From Thraustochytrium aureum (Eukaryota), in the NCBI GenBank assembly GCA_012862495.1, contig BLSG01000254.1, positions 1-38,480 of the forward strand: a stretch of 38,480 nucleotides of DNA, read 5' to 3'. The stretch's first letter is position 1, and the number at the start of each line of letters is the position of its first letter. Made by a program: the position numbers and the translations under genes. Positions 32,701-38,480 of the stretch are shown here, in pieces. Under the pieces are notes generated by a model that saw only the letters and a list, made by a program, of their open reading frames with translations, had not been told where the DNA came from and ran no database searches.

Positions 32701-34208
32701 TTGGCCCAGTCAGGAACGACTAGCCGAACGGCCGCTGCCGGCAGCGCGCCAGACGGCGACGGCGCGCCTGCACGTCTTGCAACCCAGATGCGCGGAAGCA
32801 TTGCGCGGATCTTTCCGAGGCAGCTGGGGACCATGATGCGCAACACGTCGGTGGGCCGGCGCGTGTCCGCAATGTTGCCAGCCCGGAAGCAGGGCGTTGT
32901 GCCTGTCAACACCACCACAAGGTCCACATCGAAAACTTGCAGGACCTTGAGGTGCTGGACCAGTTTCCGGACCCCGCCAAAGAGGTCCAGATTGACCCGG
33001 TTTCTCTGCACGACCCGGCTAAGCGTGCGCTCGCGTACAGAAGCCCTGAACAGTATGTCGTGCTCGAAAAACGCCTCAAGGTGGTCATGCGCGAAAACGC
33101 CGAGCTGACGCGCATCATTGAGGAGCACCGCATCGACCCAGTCACCGGCGAGGCAGACGAAGACTACCTTGATGCTTTGCATCGCATTGAGACCGAGCAC
33201 ATGGAGCGTGCCAAGCGGATTGAAGAGGAGTTTTTGGACGAAAAGGCGCGTTTGGAAGCAGAGCGTGAGGAAGAGCGCACAATGATGCAGTCTGACAAGC
33301 GCAACGCCGTTGCGCGCCTCACGAGGGAGAAGGAGGAAGCAATCATCCGCCTCAAGGCCGAAAGCCAGAACCAAGTCTACAAGCTAATTGAGCTCGAGAA
33401 GGAGCAAGAGCGGCTCCACAACACGCTGCGAGGCACGCTGCCAGAGCTGTCAAAATTCCTCGCTGCCTTTCAGCTCTCCGAGTACGAGGAAGGCCTCCGG
33501 GCCCAAGGTTTGGATTCCACGGAAAAGCTTATCCTTGCGCACAGGCAAGACTTGCGCAGTGCCGGCATGAAAATGGGCCACATTCGCAAGATGCAGGTCT
33601 TGCTGCGCTCCCTCGAGGTTTCTACGCCCTCTGTGGTCATGCCCGACGGGTCGGTCCGGGCCGCGCTCAAGCCGGCAGTCCCTGCTGTCAGCGAAGAGGT
33701 CTCGGAGTCCTCCAGCGGCGAACGTGAGGAAGCGAGTAGCGCGCCGAAACGCAAGGGCTTTGGCAAGGCCAAGCGCGGCGGGAAAGCAAAGCGCACGCGC
33801 GAGCCTGGGTGGATTATCAACCAGGACCCTGTCACGGGGCGCACATACTTGATCCATCCCGTGTCGGGCGAGACGAAATGGAATGACTCGGTCGAAGGGG
33901 CTGCAGAGGCTCGCGAGCAGGTGTTTTCTGATGATAGTGATGTGGAAGATGTCCCGCTTGGCGATGTTGGTAACTCAAAAGGCAAAGGAGGCAGCAGCAG
34001 CAGCAGCAACAACAACAACAACAACAACAACGGCGGCAGCGGCCGGAGCGAGCGGAGAGAAGACGGAGAGGGCCAGGGGGGCGCGGCTGGCGCGAATGCG
34101 GAGCGCAATCCGGTGAGGCTGTTAGGACGGCTGGGTAGGTCGCTCCGTAATCTTCGGCTTGATCAAGAGAAGCAGGAAGAGCAGCAAACGAAGCCAAGCG
34201 ACCAATAG
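29753..34208 (+). CDS. Class C (7tm_3) GPCR-like protein: signal peptide, OpuAC/ProX-type binding domain, EGF, 7TM, coiled coil, SAM and WW (frameshifts near 30043 and 32908)
   Basis: Joins ORFs 29702-30586, 29848-33108 and 32937-34208. Binding-domain motifs W.S....LAQIILEE.L..PVE, LEVW, G.LG..GEMGWW, SPEAYRLLRRF and CEWVRRN..TW.NWLP. EGF CSGHGVC...CKCEQGYTGDDC (31714-31815). About seven hydrophobic segments with LAWEVRRRPTYFDD and LVRPKF. SAM at 33444-33605, WW at 33801-33887. Confidence 0.82.
33991..34031 (+). repeat. (AGC)n(AAC)n coding microsatellite (poly-Ser/poly-Asn)
   Basis: Encodes a run of Ser then a run of Asn in the GPCR tail. Confidence 0.9.
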
Positions 34209-34375
34209 ACAATAACAAGGTCGAGGTGGACAAGAGCAGAACCGGTATTGATTTGATTTCAATCAATCAAGAACGCACTGGAAATGAACAGAAACGAAAA
34301 GGACATCTCCTTGCATTCGCTTTTCATCGCCGGCGGATGCATCGCCGGTTCTAAGAGCTCAGGCCCCGATACAAT

Positions 34376-36328
34376 TCACATCTTTACCATCTTTGCCGTG
34401 CCGATGTCACACGCGTTTACCTTGTGACCAAACCGAAGCGAGCAGAGGCTCTCGTTGACGTTTGCCGGCGAGAGGTTGACGAACATGAGCGTTTTCGAGT
34501 TGCCGCCAAGTGAGTTTTGCAGCAGGTAGGTCAGCTTCGAGTTGCGGAACGGCACGTGCTTGCTTCCGCTGGCCAGCGCGAAAATAACGTCGCCGAGCGA
34601 AGAGAGCGACTTGTTGATCGCCTGCGTCTCCTTGAGCTGCTGGCCGGTCGCCTTGCTCGATGCGAGGCGCTCACTTCCAGCTAGGTCGACGAGGTTAAGA
34701 ACGCCTCGGAGCTTCTCGCCTGAAGCCTTGTGCGTCCCTGTGGCGTAGAGCGTAAAGACGCTGTGCGAGCGGGAGGAGCGCTCGTTGCTCCCGGTGGCGC
34801 CAACAGCCCGAGCCTTGCGCGCTGCCTCCATGAGCCGATGCAAGTCCTCGCGCGAGGACACGGCAACCTCGTGAAGCCCGTTCACAGAGGTTTCACCTGT
34901 CTTGTGGTTGTGGCGGATCTCGTAGGTGGCGTCGGGGGGCGCAGAGGCCACCGCGAGGTCGCGAATGGACTCGTTGTAGATTTCGAGAAACGTGGCGCGC
35001 AGCTCAAAGTCCCACTCGGTCTGGGCCTCCATCTGCGCAAAGAGGTGCTCGACGGAGCGAGGGATGATGCCTCGGGCCGGGCCAGTAGAGTCTTCGCCGT
35101 CCATGGTGTATGTCTTGCCGCTCCCGGTCTGTCCGTAGGCGAAGATGCACACCCGGTACCCATCGAGAGCAGACTGGATGAGGTGGGAGACCTCAGAGAA
35201 AACCGCCTCCTGGTCGTCGCGCTGATGGAAGACCTTGTCGAACTTGAAGTCCCAGCTCTGCGCGGCGCACGTCCGACCATCGAACGACTGCTTCGGCTCG
35301 CCCGTCACGGTAATGTGCTGCTTTTCTGGGTCTTCGAGGGGAAAGCTGAAAATGGAGGCCTGCTCCTCGCTCCGTATCGTCGGGCGCACGCGGGCAAACA
35401 CGCGGATGTTGCCCTTAAGCTCCAAGATCGTGTTTCGAAGGTCCCTCTGTACCTGCTCGTGCGCGACGATGTCCTGCTTCAGCCCCGAAATGGCGCTGTT
35501 GGCCTGGGCGAGCTCCTCTTGGAGCTGGGCTTTGTCGTTAGCGAGCCCGGCGGCCTCCTCGGTTTTTTGGGCGATGACGGCCTGCAGCTCGATGGCGTGT
35601 TTGCGCGACTCGTCCAGGGACGTGCTTAGTGCCGAGCTCAGTTCCTTCTCATTAGCAAGGTCCTGCTGGGTCTGTTGGAGTCTCGACTCGCTGTCCCGCA
35701 GTGTGGACTCGTTTTCGGAGAGCTTGGCTTTGAGCTCGGCGAGGATGGCGGTCAGTTCGCTCAGAGCGGCCCCCGCGTCATTGGAGGCCTCGCCGTCGGC
35801 GGCGTCGTCCTCGCACGCGTCTGCCATGACCTCGTTGCTGTTCTTCCGGTAGCGCCCCTGACCGCCCCGGCGCCCGCGCGGGCGGAAGCCGGGCTTGATC
35901 TCCTTGAGGGCGTTCCCGTCGGCGGCATCAGCCTTGTTTCCGCTGCTGCTGTAGCCGCCATCGGAGCGCGTCTGGCTTGTGCTTCTGGGGCCAGCGCGTC
36001 CGCGCCCGGCGACGCCGCTTGCGACCGCGCCAGCACGGCTTCTAGCCGAAGAAGGAAGCGGGGGCTTGCTGCTGTTGCGGACCCTCTTCTGCTGCGTGTT
36101 GGTCGCAACGTTTTCTTGCGCGTTTGCGGCCAGGGCGTCGTTTTCGTGCCGAGCACGCTTGGCGGCGGCAGCCTTCATGCGGTCGGCATTCTCCTTCTTT
36201 TTGCGCTCTGCCTGGTCCTTGAGCGTCTCGCGCCGCCTTGCGCGAGGCGTAAGGTGGTTGATGATCGGGTAGGAAGACGCCAGCGGGATCGCTGATCCAG
36301 CGGCGGGGCTGCCAGGGGGCGTCGACAT
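34376..36328 (-). CDS. Kinesin-14 (Kar3/Ncd/KIFC1-type C-terminal motor)
   Basis: Basic N-terminal tail, coiled coil, neck ELKGNIRVFARVRP, P-loop GQTGSGKT, SSRSH, LVDLAGSE and HVPFRNSKLT. First ATG is 36328 (MSTPPGS). Confidence 0.95.
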   Translation of the reverse strand: MSTPPGSPAAGSAIPLASSYPIINHLTPRARRRETLKDQAERKKKENADRMKAAAAKRARHENDALAANAQENVATNTQQKRVRNSSKPPLPSSARSRAGAVASGVAGRGRAGPRSTSQTRSDGGYSSSGNKADAADGNALKEIKPGFRPRGRRGGQGRYRKNSNEVMADACEDDAADGEASNDAGAALSELTAILAELKAKLSENESTLRDSESRLQQTQQDLANEKELSSALSTSLDESRKHAIELQAVIAQKTEEAAGLANDKAQLQEELAQANSAISGLKQDIVAHEQVQRDLRNTILELKGNIRVFARVRPTIRSEEQASIFSFPLEDPEKQHITVTGEPKQSFDGRTCAAQSWDFKFDKVFHQRDDQEAVFSEVSHLIQSALDGYRVCIFAYGQTGSGKTYTMDGEDSTGPARGIIPRSVEHLFAQMEAQTEWDFELRATFLEIYNESIRDLAVASAPPDATYEIRHNHKTGETSVNGLHEVAVSSREDLHRLMEAARKARAVGATGSNERSSRSHSVFTLYATGTHKASGEKLRGVLNLVDLAGSERLASSKATGQQLKETQAINKSLSSLGDVIFALASGSKHVPFRNSKLTYLLQNSLGGNSKTLMFVNLSPANVNESLCSLRFGHKVNACDIGTAKMVKM

Positions 36329-37758
36329 GGTCGATGGGTGATCGCCGCAAGTCTTCGAAGAACCAAACACAGTACGGTACCCTCTAGCTCTTTGCTTGCA
36401 ATGTGCGGCTGCTTTGTGCGGCTGCTCGCGACCACGTGACCTTGGCCCTGGAGAATGTACGGCCGAAGCGCGAAGGGGAGCGGACGGTACCTAGGTCTCG
36501 AGCGGGTCTTTTCTTTGCGTGACTGAACTCGGCGCCGTGTCAGCCGAGGTCCGAGGGGACAGCTCTAGCGTTCAATTGAGCGAGCAGGCAGCGTTGGCCA
36601 ACTCGCACCGCAAACAGCGGCCTCGATTCTCTTTCAAGTTAGAAGCAAGCCAGGGTGCATGGGCGCTGTCTGCCCAGCAGCCAGCCGGAGGGCTCTCTCT
36701 CGAGCTCTAGCTCGAGCTAGAGAGAGATGGATGGTCAGTCAAACCGCACTTTCGGAGGTCAGTCACTCGCACANNNNNNNNNNNNNNNNNNNNNNNNNNN
36801 NNNNNNNNNNNNNNNNNNNNNNNNNNNNNNNNNNNNNNNNNNNNNNNNNNNNNNNNNNNNNNNNNNNNNNNNNNNNNNNNNNNNNNNNNNNNNNNNNNNN
36901 NNNNNNNNNNNNNNNNNNNNNNNNNNNNNNNNNNNNNNNNNNNNNNNNNNNNNNNNNNNNNNNNNNNNNNNNNNNNNNNNNNNNNNNNNNNNNNNNNNNN
37001 NNNNNNNNNNNNNNNNNNNNNNNNNNNNNNNNNNNNNNNNNNNNNNNNNNNNNNNNNNNNNNNNNNNNNNNNNNNNNNNNNNNNNNNNNNNNNNNNNNNN
37101 NNNNNNNNNNNNNNNNNNNNNNNNNNNNNNNNNNNNNNNNNNNNNNNNNNNNNNNNNNNNNNNNNNNNNNNNNNNNNNNNNNNNNNNNNNNNNNNNNNNN
37201 NNNNNNNNNNNNNNNNNNNNNNNNNNNNNNNNNNNNNNNNNNNNNNNNNNNNNNNNNNNNNNNNNNNNNNNNNNNNNNNNNNNNNNNNNNNNNNNNNNNN
37301 NNNNNNNNNNNNNNNNNNNNNNNNNNNNNNNNNNNNNNNNNNNNNNNNNNNNNNNNNNNNNNNNNNNNNNNNNNNNNNNNNNNNNNNNNNNNNNNNNNNN
37401 NNNNNNNNNNNNNNNNNNNNNNNNNNNNNNNNNNNNNNNNNNNNNNNNNNNNNNNNNNNNNNNNNNNNNNNNNNNNNNNNNNNNNNNNNNNNNNNNNNNN
37501 NNNNNNNNNNNNNNNNNNNNNNNNNNNNNNNNNNNNNNNNNNNNNNNNNNNNNNNNNNNNNNNNNNNNNNNNNNNNNNNNNNNNNNNNNNNNNNNNNNNN
37601 NNNNNNNNNNNNNNNNNNNNNNNNNNNNNNNNNNNNNNNNNNNNNNNNNNNNNNNNNNNNNNNNNNNNNNNNNNNNNNNNNNNNNNNNNNNNNNNNNNNN
37701 NNNNNNNNNNNNNNNNNNNNNNNNNNNNNNNNNNNNNNNNNNNNNNNNNNNNNNNNNN

Positions 37759-37849
37759 CATTTCGATCCGAGGGTTTATCGTCGACAAGTTTGTCACGGA
37801 CGTTTCGTGTCACCATCGCAAGGCCACTATCCGCCAGGCGCTTCGCCAT
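37759..37849 (-). CDS. Possible 5' end of a gene running into the gap
   Basis: A-rich leader (aaaaaaacaaaagtttgaag) then ATG MAKRLADSGLAMVTRNVRDKLVDDKPSDRN, open into the Ns. No recognisable homology. Confidence 0.25.
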
Positions 37850-38480
37850 CTTCAAACTTTTGTTTTTTTCAGTCTGGTTCCTGCGGGACTGGTCTGGGGA
37901 CACGACCGATCACCAAAATGTACAACTAATTCTCAATCAAGCTCTCATGAGCTGGAGAAATGCGCTGGGCTCGTTCGTCGGAAAGAAGGAAAGCGATCGG
38001 AGCAAATGCGTATGCTCGGCAGCGCACGACGCACGCCTTGCCTTGCCCAGAGGCCACTTGAGTGGTCCTCTTCTGGACAGCAGCGTGATACTCGAGCTCG
38101 GTCGGTTGCGTTGGCACGGCCCGGCAACATCGTCAAGTGAACTTGCAACGCCGCCACATGCATAGCCCGCCACATGCATAGCACGAGAAGAAAACGAGGC
38201 AGCTTCGCTCGAGCGCAGGCCTGAAACGCCGGACAGAACTTTCGTGCGATCGAAAGACGCGTTTGGGCATGGGTCCCTTCACTGGTGCAGGCGGGCCTTT
38301 GCATGCGCGGTACCACGGCTACGGCGGCGAGACGCCCGCCGGCTGCTTGTCGGATTTGAGGCCAAACCTTGGGTGAAAGGCCCCGCGTACAAGGATCTCG
38401 ACGCGCTGGTACGAGGATCTGTGCAGCTGGACCCAAAATACCGAAACGCCGTCATTGCGCACGGCCGTCTCGCGCCGTGT

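Noticed and set aside
6340..32915. Frameshifts in five genes (near 6345, 7130, 12750-12840, 20195, 25210, 30043, 32908) as pseudogenes, programmed frameshifting or RNA editing
   Set aside because: Most are fixed by changing a short homopolymer by one base, several cluster near contig ends, and one hits a normally essential gene (PIG-U). There is no shared slippery motif and no in-frame stop decay. Sequencing error is the simplest explanation; raw reads would decide.
21396..36328. Nsl1-like gene plus kinesin-14 as a mitotic gene cluster
   Set aside because: They are about 12 kb apart with unrelated genes between; likely coincidence.
593..38140. Long ORFs consisting mostly of X
   Set aside because: Artefacts of translating through N-gaps.

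Overview
Eukaryotic, GC-rich, intron-poor draft scaffold. Gene content and style suggest a protist, possibly a thraustochytrid-like stramenopile (inference only). There are nine N-gaps: 802-1294, 5453-5670, 8854-9141, 12599-12704, 14484-14916, 16936-17249, 20584-21156, 24396-25026 and 36774-37758. Several single-base frameshifts, mostly at short homopolymers, look like sequencing errors. Gene order: membrane-anchored LCM-family SAM-dependent methyltransferase (+); three tandem minus-strand ankyrin-repeat genes each ending in a sterile-alpha-motif (SAM)-like domain; a divergently transcribed gene with an N-terminal MLKL/RPW8-like four-helix bundle; an Nsl1/Mis14-like kinetochore protein; ARPC4 (ATG-only first coding exon); the 3' part of PIG-U; a G-alpha subunit with an altered P-loop; a class C GPCR-like protein (OpuAC-type binding domain, EGF, 7tm_3, coiled coil, SAM, WW); and a kinesin-14. 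The two best candidates for novel biology are the ANK-SAM array facing the MLKL-like gene (possible immune/cell-death locus) and the adjacent G-alpha plus SAM/WW-tailed GPCR. All domain calls are by eye from motifs; no searches were run.
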